The notes: generated by a model from the letters alone, not told the origin. A stretch of DNA of 64,000 bases from Patescibacteria group bacterium (GCA_041660165.1 JBAZWW010000001.1:28009-92008); one strand, 5' to 3'; shown: positions 28,870 to 37,697, counted from the stretch's first letter. A program made the numbers and translations.

Positions 28870-29511
28870 CTAAATCCAACCGGCGCTCACTAAAGCCTCA
28901 CGGACGGCTTCAAAAAGCATTGCGTGTCCTGCATCATTGGGATGCACGCCGTCTTTCAAGAGATGCGTGAAGTCTCCGGATGAAAGAACAGGAAGAACGT
29001 CAACGAAGGAGATGCTCTCGTCTTTGCAAACCCCTTGAATCAAGGCATCGAACTTAGTTACGTGTTCATTGATATAAGCCTTCTCTGGTGACCATGGGAT
29101 GGGATTCACCTTTGCATCATCAACGGGTGATAGCCCCACAAAGATAATTTTGTCTGTATATTTCCTTGCCTTGGTAATCAATGTTGAAATGTTTGCAGTA
29201 AATTTTTCTTGTGGTGTTTTGTTTTCTTGGGTAGCAAAAATAAATTGGCTGTCATTTGTACCAATTGCAAAAACCACGGCGCAGTCTTTTTCCTTTAGAA
29301 GGCGAGCATCCACTTCCGCCTGGAAACGGTCGAGCACACTTGTAGAAGTATCTCCCGAAATGCCAAGATTATAGATGTAATGATAGTAATTTTCATCTTC
29401 GGGCGTAGAAATAATCTTATTATCAACAAATTTTCGTAGCCGCGAAATCCATCCGCCCTCTCTATCCCAAGCGCCGTAGGCAATGCTATCTCCGAAGATA
29501 AGAATGTTCAT
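28870..29511 (-). CDS. SGNH/GDSL hydrolase family protein
   Basis: Block I IFGDSIAYG and block V DGVHPNDAGH. Confidence 0.85.
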   Translation of the reverse strand: MNILIFGDSIAYGAWDREGGWISRLRKFVDNKIISTPEDENYYHYIYNLGISGDTSTSVLDRFQAEVDARLLKEKDCAVVFAIGTNDSQFIFATQENKTPQEKFTANISTLITKARKYTDKIIFVGLSPVDDAKVNPIPWSPEKAYINEHVTKFDALIQGVCKDESISFVDVLPVLSSGDFTHLLKDGVHPNDAGHAMLFEAVREALVSAGWI

Positions 29512-29635
29512 AGAATATTTGATGGAAGCATCGTCTCATACATGTTTAGAAAATGAAATATACACTTTTGTGCAAAAACGCCTGATCCGCGGGGACCAGG
29601 CGTGCACGATTTCTGATTTCTTCGGAACGTGCGGG

Positions 29636-30730
29636 TTACGGAGCCGGGATCTTGAGCTTGAGCAGGAACCGCCCGCTCTGCGCCCAGTAGTACCAATCTC
29701 CATTGTCCTCGTGGGGCGCGGTGACGGCGTCAAACGCTCCGGGGAGGAGATCTTCTTCTTTGCAGTTGATCTGGCTACTGACCACTACGCTTACCTTGCC
29801 GTGTGGCCGTTTCACCTCAATGAACTGCCGGGCCTTTCCACCATGTTTGAAGGTGGTGTAGATGTGCCCAAGGCTATAGCGACGTGGCAGAGTGAACTCA
29901 GGACCAAGCCTTCCGCGCCCCTCGTGTTGTCGGACGGAGCTGCCCAACTGGGTGAGCATCATGATCGGCTCGTCAACCTTATGGACAGTGTTGAACGCGA
30001 CATGATCAAAGGAGCGGACGTTGTAATACCTGCTCTCACCCTCCTCGATGACGTGCATCGCCCCGGACTTGCTTTCAAGGACTCCCACGAGTCCGATTTT
30101 GGTCTGCACGAGCTGATTGTGGGTGCAGTCGGAGCACAGCACGGTACTTTTTTTAGTTGATGGATCGAAGGCGAACACGCGGTTCACGTTGCGATGCCCA
30201 TCCCACGCCGATTCGTCACAGATCACGCATCCTTCCTCGTTGATGAAGAAGGCGCGCAGTTCCTTACCCATGAGTACGGGCTGGTCGTAGGCGATCAGAG
30301 TTCGCTCATCCGTTCGTTGCGCAGTCTTGCCCGTATTCTGCCACCAGTAATACGGGCGGTGATGATCATGACCAACGTACTGAACCGTGTTGCGGTCGAT
30401 TTCATGGTCGGGCACGGTCGCAATTACGTTCACGAGCGGTCGGATGATGGTGCTACGGCCGTAGCTCCTCTTGTCGAAGTATGAGCAACAGATCGAGATG
30501 TTCCCGTCGCCCGCTGACTTCGTGTACTGAGTGACCGGCTCGTTATTATGAACGCCCACAAGCGACCAATCAAGCCACGTGTCCGACACCGCATTCACGG
30601 AGACGGTGTGCGCCGGCAGGATCGGGCCGTCAGGCGCTTGCCCGATGGCGGAGATTTCCTTCTCCGTCACTTCTGCGCTGGCGAATTGCTGAGCCAGCCA
30701 GCTGAGCTGATTCCAATCATTCCTATTCAT
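29636..30730 (-). CDS. Hypothetical protein. A metallophosphoesterase-like VGHDHH motif is a very weak hint.
   Basis: Long ORF with no signal peptide. It is Cys/His-rich. Confidence 0.35.
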   Translation of the reverse strand: MNRNDWNQLSWLAQQFASAEVTEKEISAIGQAPDGPILPAHTVSVNAVSDTWLDWSLVGVHNNEPVTQYTKSAGDGNISICCSYFDKRSYGRSTIIRPLVNVIATVPDHEIDRNTVQYVGHDHHRPYYWWQNTGKTAQRTDERTLIAYDQPVLMGKELRAFFINEEGCVICDESAWDGHRNVNRVFAFDPSTKKSTVLCSDCTHNQLVQTKIGLVGVLESKSGAMHVIEEGESRYYNVRSFDHVAFNTVHKVDEPIMMLTQLGSSVRQHEGRGRLGPEFTLPRRYSLGHIYTTFKHGGKARQFIEVKRPHGKVSVVVSSQINCKEEDLLPGAFDAVTAPHEDNGDWYYWAQSGRFLLKLKIPAP

Positions 30731-30877
30731 CTCTCACCTCTCCCTTTGATACCCGCCACGTTCCGCTCTTTGCTTTGGCCAGTGGGCCGAGGCTGAGCCT
30801 GGATACCGTCTTGGAACCAAGGATACGCCCGTGATTGGGCCGGCCAATTACGACACAAAAAGTTTCTAAAGTAAAGC

Positions 30878-30956
30878 AAAACAAAGAGCGCACCAACGGG
30901 CTACGCTCTCTGCAACGATTAAACGTTGAGGACACGTGGCCGCGCTAGTGCGCGAG
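30878..30956. repeat. Conserved ~80-bp 3'-flank element, copy 1, containing a terminator hairpin (agagcg/cgctct stem)
   Basis: About 95% identical to 32888-32966. It lies immediately downstream of the stop of the - strand gene. Confidence 0.7.
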
Positions 30957-31892
30957 CTAATGACTGAGGTTGGACACGTCTCCCGTGAGGTTGTTGATGT
31001 TACCTTCAAGGCGACTGACGTCGCCCGTGATGTCCGTGACGTTGCCATTGATGTAGGTGACGTTACCCGTGATGTTCGTCGCATCACCGTAGATACCCGT
31101 CACGAAGCCTGAGATGTTCGTCACGTCGCCCCGCAGGTTGCTGATGTCGCCACTGAGGTCGCTGACGTTGCCCGTGATATCCGTAGCGACGCCTTTGATG
31201 TTGCTGACGTCGCCCGTAATGTCCGTCGCGTCACCGTAGATGCCCGTCACGAAGCCTGAGATGTTCGTCACGTTGCCCCGCAGGTTGCTGACGTCGCCAC
31301 TGAGGTCCTTGACGTCGCCCATGACGTCCGTGACGTTGCCGGTGAGATTGCTGACGTCGCCCGTGATGTTAGTCACGTCTCCGTAAATAGTACCCGCGTT
31401 GCCAGAGATGTTAGTCACGTTGCCCCGCAGGTAATCAATTCTGCCTTTGAGATCGCTGACGTCGCCCGCGATATCCGTAGCGACGCCTTTGATGTTGCTG
31501 ACGTCGCCCGTGATGTCCGTCGCATCGCCGTAGATATTGCTCGCATCGCCCGAGATATTCGTCACGTTGCCCCGCAGGTATTCAACACTGCCTTTGAGAT
31601 CACTGACGTCGCCCGTGATGTTCGTGACATTCCCGCTGAGGTTGCTGACGTCGCCCGTGATGTTAGTCACGTCTCCGTAGATACTGCCTGCGTTTCCACA
31701 GACGTTGGACATGTTACCGCGGATGTTGGGTGAGACCCCGCGAAGTGTACAAGCCTCGGCGGACGTAGCCGGCGCGGACGGGGTGGCAACCGTGACCGCG
31801 GGCATGTTGCTCGCGGGCGCAGAGGCCACCTTCGGCGTCTCGCCCTCACAGGCCACGAGCGAAAGGAGAAACAACAGGGTGAAGGAACGCAT
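30957..31892 (-). CDS. Lipoprotein composed of about 35 tandem octapeptide repeats (consensus x-[ST]-[ND]-[IL]-x-G-[DN]-[VA])
   Basis: Signal peptide and lipobox LLSLVAC, followed by GDVSNLSGNVTNITGDVSDLKG... The DNA shows 24-bp tandem periodicity from roughly 30990 to 31700. Confidence 0.75.
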   Translation of the reverse strand: MRSFTLLFLLSLVACEGETPKVASAPASNMPAVTVATPSAPATSAEACTLRGVSPNIRGNMSNVCGNAGSIYGDVTNITGDVSNLSGNVTNITGDVSDLKGSVEYLRGNVTNISGDASNIYGDATDITGDVSNIKGVATDIAGDVSDLKGRIDYLRGNVTNISGNAGTIYGDVTNITGDVSNLTGNVTDVMGDVKDLSGDVSNLRGNVTNISGFVTGIYGDATDITGDVSNIKGVATDITGNVSDLSGDISNLRGDVTNISGFVTGIYGDATNITGNVTYINGNVTDITGDVSRLEGNINNLTGDVSNLSH

Positions 31893-32035
31893 GAAACCTC
31901 CCTAAAAGGGTGAACGAATGGCACCGAATGTGGCGCCGTTCGACCAACCAAAATATCAGAAAATTTGCATTTCGTCAACGTAGGATGTCTTAAAACGCGT
32001 AAAAATATGGTCATTTTGTTAAATCATCATTACAA

Positions 32036-32061
32036 AAAACCACTTCATGGCTGAAGTGGTT
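32036..32061. terminator. Terminator hairpin, copy 2 of the palindrome family
   Basis: aaaccacttcatggctgaagtggttt, a perfect 11-bp stem. Confidence 0.6.
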
Positions 32062-32076
32062 TCTTGATGTTTTTCC

Positions 32077-32769
32077 TTACACACGAATTACGTCGTATCG
32101 AAGGTGGAGATATGAATTCTTCAACGGCGTAGCGCTTACAAGTTTCGCTGTCTTTAGATATTTGAGATCGTCGAGTGCGTGAAGTGACTCGCCATCTACA
32201 AGAGTCGGGGTTGCTTTGCCACCGACTAAGAGCGGTGCGATCACGAGAGAGAGGTGGTCGATTAAGCCACTTCGTAAAAGCGTGGCGTTCAATGTGCCTC
32301 CCGACTGCACGGTTATTCGATCAGTGTTGTATTTCTGGTATAACTTCTTCAAGAGATCGGGGAAATTAACAGCACCTTCGTATGGCAGGACGATGACATT
32401 TTCATGATTCGAACTAACCGCGGGATGAGCCGGGTTTGTCGTTATAAGGTAAAGCGTCGTCACCCACTTGGAGAGGTATTCAACGCCCTGTGCGGTGAGA
32501 TGTGGCTCATTGTCTACGATCACGAAACTCACTGGAATTTTACTTGGTGGTTCCGTCCGATCATTGACACCAATTTTTGCCATGACACGTCCTGTATTGA
32601 GGGAGACAAGATCGGTCTGCTGTTCCAGATCGTAATACTGTTGAAGCCCATCTTTCACGCCAGATATCAGTTTTAGATCGTGGTCAAAATCCATGGCATC
32701 CGTATCACCGGTAGAGATTTTACCGTCGATCGACATGAGCATGAAGAGGGTTGTTTTGGGGCGGTTCAT
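32077..32769 (-). CDS. Dihydrofolate reductase-like / RibD C-terminal domain reductase family protein
   Basis: LFMLMSIDGKISTGD and a C-terminal ITVQSGGTLNATLLRSGLIDHLSLVIAPLLVGG. Confidence 0.75.
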   Translation of the reverse strand: MNRPKTTLFMLMSIDGKISTGDTDAMDFDHDLKLISGVKDGLQQYYDLEQQTDLVSLNTGRVMAKIGVNDRTEPPSKIPVSFVIVDNEPHLTAQGVEYLSKWVTTLYLITTNPAHPAVSSNHENVIVLPYEGAVNFPDLLKKLYQKYNTDRITVQSGGTLNATLLRSGLIDHLSLVIAPLLVGGKATPTLVDGESLHALDDLKYLKTAKLVSATPLKNSYLHLRYDVIRV

Positions 32770-32823
32770 AGAGCTTGGTTGCTTATATGTAGACTAGTTC
32801 ATTTTCTGTGCATCGACAACAAC

Positions 32824-32848
32824 AAACCACTTCATGGTTGAAGTGGTT
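32824..32848. terminator. Terminator hairpin, copy 3 of the palindrome family
   Basis: aaaccacttcatggttgaagtggtt. Confidence 0.55.
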
Positions 32849-32887
32849 GGCTGAAAACAACCGCTCGCAAGGCGGTCGTTTCATGTT

Positions 32888-32966
32888 GAAAACAAAGAGC
32901 GCACCAACGGGCTACGCTCTCTGCAACGATTTAACGTTGAGGTACGCGGCCGCGCTAGTGCGCGAG
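32888..32966. repeat. Conserved ~80-bp 3'-flank element, copy 2
   Basis: aaacaaagagcgcaccaacgggctacgctctctgcaacgat[ta]aacgttgagg...gccgcgctagtgcgcgag is shared with copy 1. Confidence 0.7.
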
Positions 32967-32967
32967 A

Positions 32968-33348
32968 TTAGGGGGTCGTCCAGCCACAGCCGAGGGTCCC
33001 AAGCCCTGGCGTGTACCAGTACTTGTAGCCCCTCGCAAAGCTTCCGCCCACCTGTACGAGGATGAGGCCGATTTTCGCCACGGCGATGCCGAAGAAGATG
33101 GCGAAGTAGTAGTAGTCGGCGACCTGACCGGGGATCTCGTAGCCGTAGGCGACTAGTGTGACGTTGGGAACGTGCCCACCGAACTGACCGATTCCCACCA
33201 TGCTACCGGTGAACAGGTCGACCCACGGAAGGACGGCGGCTACCCAGCATCCGATCAGCAACATGCCGACGGTGTAGACGGCCCACCACGATTTGTGTCC
33301 GCTGGTGTGGTTGTACGAGACAAGCAAGTTCTGAAACCACGTGATCAT
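32968..33348 (-). CDS. Small hypothetical membrane protein
   Basis: Three hydrophobic segments, rich in Gly, Tyr and Trp. It shares its 3' flank with the repeat lipoprotein gene. Confidence 0.45.
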   Translation of the reverse strand: MITWFQNLLVSYNHTSGHKSWWAVYTVGMLLIGCWVAAVLPWVDLFTGSMVGIGQFGGHVPNVTLVAYGYEIPGQVADYYYFAIFFGIAVAKIGLILVQVGGSFARGYKYWYTPGLGTLGCGWTTP

Positions 33349-33457
33349 GGTGTCCTCCTAGGACAGTCGAGAGCAATTCTACGTTGCTACTCGGTCGAGA
33401 TACGACGTTGAAAGATACCACAAAACAGGCCATTCGTCAATCACGACAAGGCCTTTT

Positions 33458-33730
33458 TTAGTGTTTGTGTTTGTAGTCAATTTTATGAAACTCGTGTTGG
33501 TGTTGCTTTTTCATCTGTTTATGTCCGGCTCCGCTTTTCAGATATATCTCTCGAGCTTTTGCATCCTTTTTGTTTCGGTAGCACTCATAATAAATGAGTT
33601 CAACTGGACGGCGATGTTTTGTAGATTTTGCGCCACCGGCTTGGTGTGTTTCGATTCTCTGTTTTAGGTTCTCTGAATAGCCGATGTACAAATTTTGATC
33701 CGCGCAAAAGAGAACATAAACATAATACAT
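33458..33730 (-). CDS. GIY-YIG nuclease family protein (UPF0213/YhbQ-like)
   Basis: YYVYVLFCADQNLYIGYSENLKQRIETHQAGGAKSTKHRRPVELIYYECY. Confidence 0.8.
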   Translation of the reverse strand: MYYVYVLFCADQNLYIGYSENLKQRIETHQAGGAKSTKHRRPVELIYYECYRNKKDAKAREIYLKSGAGHKQMKKQHQHEFHKIDYKHKH

Positions 33731-33915
33731 ATTTGAAAGTGTAGCACCGTTTCGTCTGATGTGGAGACCAGCCACGTCCGACGTGGCTGGTGGTACAAAC
33801 ATGATGAAAGATGCTGCCCGTCAAACGGGCCCCAGGCCTTCTATAACAAAACTCCCAGTTAGTACTGAGAGTGTTGTTTGGTTCTGTCGAATTGGCTTTA
33901 GGCCGTTCGACGGCC

Positions 33916-33990
33916 TGGTGACCTCACCGGGAATCGAACCCGGATCTACACCGTGAGAGGGTGCCGTCCTAACCGTTAGACGATGAGGCC
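33916..33990 (-). tRNA. tRNA-Glu (anticodon CUC) with encoded CCA
   Basis: Manual fold: acceptor GGCCTCA/TGAGGTC, D-arm GTCT-AACGGTTA-GGAC, anticodon stem GCACC/GGTGT with loop CTCTCAC, and T-arm CCGGG-TTCGATT-CCCGG. Confidence 0.8.
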
Positions 33991-34085
33991 GTAATGGCAA
34001 AATGCGGGAAAAGCGTAGCAGATGAAAGCGTTCGCGTCAAAAGAAGTCATCTAAACGCGGAAAGCCGGCAGATTACTCCGCCGGC

Positions 34086-34574
34086 CTACGAATCGTTGTA
34101 CTCGTCCTTTGTTCTAAAGTGTCTGGCCAAGCGCTTCACTGGTTCAGCGAAGCAGAGCGAGGAGAGGAACGTCACTAGGACGCCGTACGTGCTGATGAGA
34201 TCACTATCTCCCTGGAGCGCGCACACCAGCACGAAGGCTATGGTGTGGTACACCGCGTAGAAGAGGCTGATGAGGATAAGCCGTGGCCAGTACCCTTTGT
34301 ACCGTCCTTCTATTCTCGCCTCGACCACCTTCAAGTAGTAGAGGCCAAGGATGAACTGGGCCGTGGCTAGCGGAAGGCTTATCTTGAGCGAGTGCCAGAT
34401 GGCCGGAGCGCTTAGCTCTTCTATGATAAGCAGATTCTTGGCCAGCATGGCGGGCAAGGCCAGGACACCGTTCAGGGCCCCGCTGGCCAGGTCTTGACGG
34501 CGGAGGCCGTGAGACGCCTGTTCGGGCATGGGAACTCCTGTGGTGGCGCCAGACAGTAGCGCTTTTTCCCGCAT
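34086..34574 (-). CDS. Hypothetical membrane protein
   Basis: Hydrophobic helices. No motif recognised. Confidence 0.4.
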   Translation of the reverse strand: MREKALLSGATTGVPMPEQASHGLRRQDLASGALNGVLALPAMLAKNLLIIEELSAPAIWHSLKISLPLATAQFILGLYYLKVVEARIEGRYKGYWPRLILISLFYAVYHTIAFVLVCALQGDSDLISTYGVLVTFLSSLCFAEPVKRLARHFRTKDEYNDS

Positions 34575-34610
34575 TCCGTAAAGGGGGAGGGCTTGCTATG
34601 ATAGCCCTAT

Positions 34611-35177
34611 ATGCACTTGTCCAAAAAAACGGTTTTGCTAGCGCTCGGTCTCCTCTTATTCACCTTTGTGCTTGATGCCGTGGCGGTCAGAACCGGCTTT
34701 CCCTACGGCTACTTCTGGTATGGCCAGAACGTCCAGCCGATCGTGTCTGGCGTCCCGCTCGTTTTCATTCTTGGTTTCCCGGTTCTCTATTTAGCGTCGA
34801 GCGCTGTCGTCAACCGTTTGGCGGTTCCAAGGGGCGTACCGTGGATGATGGCGGTGGCGATTGTCATGACGGCGGTTGCACTCGTGGTCGAACCCGTGGC
34901 CGTAGCCAAGGGGCTTTGGTCTTTCAGAAACGGCGGGCTATATTTTGGTGTGCCGTCGAGTGACGTGATCGGCTGGCTGTTCACGGGATCGCTCGCCGGT
35001 TTTCTTTTTCCGAATGAACTGCGGAGCGAAAAGCTTGTTGGCGTGCTCATGCTCATTATCGCGGTCGCCAGCGTTGAAGCAGTAATCCGAGGACTCGGCG
35101 TGCCGGCAGTCATCGGCGTACTCCTATTTTCCTCAGTGGCCTTCTTTGATCTGAAAAAGCACGGTTGGAAAGCCTAA
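34611..35177 (+). CDS. Hypothetical polytopic membrane protein
   Basis: 5-6 TM helices. Confidence 0.45.
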   Translation: MHLSKKTVLLALGLLLFTFVLDAVAVRTGFPYGYFWYGQNVQPIVSGVPLVFILGFPVLYLASSAVVNRLAVPRGVPWMMAVAIVMTAVALVVEPVAVAKGLWSFRNGGLYFGVPSSDVIGWLFTGSLAGFLFPNELRSEKLVGVLMLIIAVASVEAVIRGLGVPAVIGVLLFSSVAFFDLKKHGWKA

Positions 35178-35178
35178 T

Positions 35179-35760
35179 GTGACCAAATCAGAACAAAAGA
35201 AATTAGTTGGCGCGATTATCAGTTTGCTCGTCATTGTTCTTGGCGCTTGGCAGGCCAGCCAACAGCCAACCGTCCCAATCACGAGCGCCTCTACAGATAA
35301 TCGAGATTCAGCCGTAGCTCCATTGGTCGTGCCAGAGGGTTTCGTTGCTTTGAATCGAGTTGTTGACGGAGACACCATTGAGGTCGCCGTTGGGAGCGAG
35401 AAGCATAAGGTTCGAATTATCGGTATCAACTCGCCAGAAAGCGTGGACCCTCGCAAAGCCGTTGAATGTTTTGGCTTGGAGGCAAGTGCGCACATGAAGG
35501 AGCTGTTGAACGCGCCGTATGTTCGACTAGAAACGGATTCATCACAGGCGGGGGAGGACAAATACGGCCGGTGGCTTCGTTATGCATACTCGCAGGCTGG
35601 ACTTGATGTCGGACTGCAGATGATTAAGGATGGTTACGCGCACGAATACACGTATGACGCGCCCTATACGTATCAAACTGTTTATCGAACAGCGCAAAGA
35701 GAGGCGCAAACAGCTAGGCGCGGATTATGGTCAGCGGACACATGCAACGGAAAACCGTAA
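35179..35760 (+). CDS. Thermonuclease / staphylococcal nuclease (SNase) family protein, membrane anchored
   Basis: VVDGDTIEVAVG...VRIIGINSPE, GRWLRYAY and MIKDGYAHEY. Confidence 0.85.
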   Translation: MTKSEQKKLVGAIISLLVIVLGAWQASQQPTVPITSASTDNRDSAVAPLVVPEGFVALNRVVDGDTIEVAVGSEKHKVRIIGINSPESVDPRKAVECFGLEASAHMKELLNAPYVRLETDSSQAGEDKYGRWLRYAYSQAGLDVGLQMIKDGYAHEYTYDAPYTYQTVYRTAQREAQTARRGLWSADTCNGKP

Positions 35761-35795
35761 CGTCAAGATTCATGTGCACATGTGCATGAATCGTC

Positions 35796-36323
35796 TTGTC
35801 GCTTGCTACGCACACAAACTATCATGCGAGACGTATGCGCATTTCTTCTCCCGCTTTTAAGAACGGTGATAGGATCCCATCCCAATATACGTGCGACGGT
35901 GATGATGTGAATCCCGAACTTCGCATTGATGCGGTTCCGGCGGTTGCGAAGAGTTTAGTGCTCATGGTTGATGACCCAGATTCGCCAGCCGGCAACTGGC
36001 TTCACTGGTCTGTCTGGAACATGTCGCCGGATACGCGGGTGATGAAAGAAGACAGCCTGCCCGCCGGCGCGCGGGAGGGAGAAACGGATTTTTCTGAAGT
36101 CGGCTACGGCGGTCCCTGCCCGGGTTACGGCGAGCATGAGTATCGTTTCGCTGTTTATGCGTTGGATACCATTCTTGACGTTGCAAACGGCGCGCCTCGG
36201 CCCATTGTGGAAAAGGCCTTTGAAGGCCATATCATTAGTTCTGCTTTTTTAACCGGTAGGTATCAACGCATTAAGAAAGAAGCGCGGACAGCAAAGACCG
36301 CTAAGGCTGCGGTAAAGGTATGA
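35796..36323 (+). CDS. YbhB/YbcL-family PEBP (Raf kinase inhibitor-like) protein
   Basis: LVLMVDDPDSPAGNWLHWSVWN and GYGGPCPGYGEHEYRFAVYALD. Confidence 0.85.
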   Translation: MSLATHTNYHARRMRISSPAFKNGDRIPSQYTCDGDDVNPELRIDAVPAVAKSLVLMVDDPDSPAGNWLHWSVWNMSPDTRVMKEDSLPAGAREGETDFSEVGYGGPCPGYGEHEYRFAVYALDTILDVANGAPRPIVEKAFEGHIISSAFLTGRYQRIKKEARTAKTAKAAVKV

Positions 36324-36832
36324 GCACCATGGATAGGGATTCGTTTGGAGGTAAGGGACCAAAAAGACAAATGTTTGAGATACAAAGAAAACCTGAACAT
36401 ACTGAGAAGGCCATGCTGAAAGCGCTTGAAGAGGCTAACCCCGGGTTTGCAGATGCGGAGACGCTCCAGCAATTCAACACCGCCATGGAATTACTTTCTG
36501 ATGATGAGCTCAGCCACATGAGCAGTAGACAGTTAGCGGAGATGAATGAGAAATTCGTGGCATTTTATTCTGAAGCCCACAAGCCAAAGCCGGGGGAGGA
36601 ATTGCATCAGCGGTCATTCATGATGTATGTACCGCGGGTGAAACAGGAACAAGACCGCCGAGCGGAACAGCGTTCGCATGATGAGCGCCAGGCAACTGCG
36701 CTGAAAGCAAATCTCAAAGCGGGGACGCCAAAGATCATGCCAAATCCTCTGAACGTAGAACCCATTCGTTCGGCCACGCCTATAGAGAAACCTGAGAAAG
36801 GCTTTTTTGCCAGATTGTTCGGGAGAGAATAA
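36320..36832 (+). CDS. Hypothetical protein, paralog A, with a conserved C-terminal EKPEKGFFARLFGRE tail
   Basis: Paralogous to the next gene; shares the SDDELSHMSSRQLAEMNEKF region. Confidence 0.5.
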   Translation: MSTMDRDSFGGKGPKRQMFEIQRKPEHTEKAMLKALEEANPGFADAETLQQFNTAMELLSDDELSHMSSRQLAEMNEKFVAFYSEAHKPKPGEELHQRSFMMYVPRVKQEQDRRAEQRSHDERQATALKANLKAGTPKIMPNPLNVEPIRSATPIEKPEKGFFARLFGRE

Positions 36833-36852
36833 CTAGTAACGATACCAGCATT

Positions 36853-37329
36853 ATGTTGAAAGAAGCGGTAAGGGATAGAAGTGGTGTTCGTATTGAATCG
36901 TCGAGCGGTCGAGAGAGTGTTGTGCGTTTGGCGGAATTGGCTAGAGAAATGCCGGCGCGTGGCGCTGATTTGAAATCGGAGTTTACGGAAGTTTCCGATG
37001 AACAATTGTCCGCTATGTCTGCTAAGGAAATCACGATGCTGATCAATAAATATTTTAAAAGTCGAGAGGAGGACTTTAACGTCTCAGAAAAACAGGGCAT
37101 CAAGATGATGCCTCTTCCTTCAAAGAGGCTTGAAGATGCTCTTCGCAATGCGAAACGGCGCGAACAGGGGGAGCGTGCTAAAAAAGAGGAGGTCCGGGCT
37201 CATCGGAACAAGGCGTTAACGGCAGAGATGATTTCCGCAAGACCCGCTGTTCTCGGTTCAAATGTTTTTGCTCCGCCCGCTGAGAAACCCGAGAAAGGCT
37301 TTTTTGCCAGATTGTTCGGCGGAGAATAA
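36853..37329 (+). CDS. Hypothetical protein, paralog B, with a conserved C-terminal EKPEKGFFARLFGGE tail
   Basis: The last ~48 nt are nearly identical to the paralog A 3' end. Confidence 0.5.
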   Translation: MLKEAVRDRSGVRIESSSGRESVVRLAELAREMPARGADLKSEFTEVSDEQLSAMSAKEITMLINKYFKSREEDFNVSEKQGIKMMPLPSKRLEDALRNAKRREQGERAKKEEVRAHRNKALTAEMISARPAVLGSNVFAPPAEKPEKGFFARLFGGE

Positions 37330-37697
37330 TTTTGAAAATAAAATGAATCGTCCCGGGCGCGAGAACCGCGGGACGACTCGACGATGATTTCGGGATACTC
37401 CCCGTAGGGATTCCCTATGTGATTGATGGGCAAAACTGCCCTTGGTCTTACTCGCTCAACCACGGGCGTGAGTGTTGGCGGCCGGGCGTTTTACGCGCAG
37501 GCTTCGGTGTCGACTCTAGTGCCCCGCCACGTTGGACGTGGCCTCGGCAACTCACGACGGCCCTTAACCCTGTCCCAAGAGGGGACTTGCAAGTGGCAGT
37601 CCGCATAGCCACCTCGGGTGCGAATACACTAGCATGATGATGCTGGAGAGTAAATGACCATATTGACCATTTTGACCATTGACCCCACCATGCTCAC

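Noticed and set aside
30990-31700. Possible CRISPR array, considered because of the regular 24-bp periodicity
   Set aside because: The repeats are contiguous and in-frame within a lipoprotein ORF, with no spacer structure. This is a coding tandem repeat. No CRISPR-like repeat-spacer array was seen anywhere in the window.
37330-37697. tmRNA, RNase P RNA or SRP RNA upstream of dnaG
   Set aside because: None of the conserved signature strings were found (tmRNA tag and 3' tRNA-like end, RNase P GGAAAGUCCGG, SRP domain IV GGAAG). The spacer is left as an unexplained structured region.
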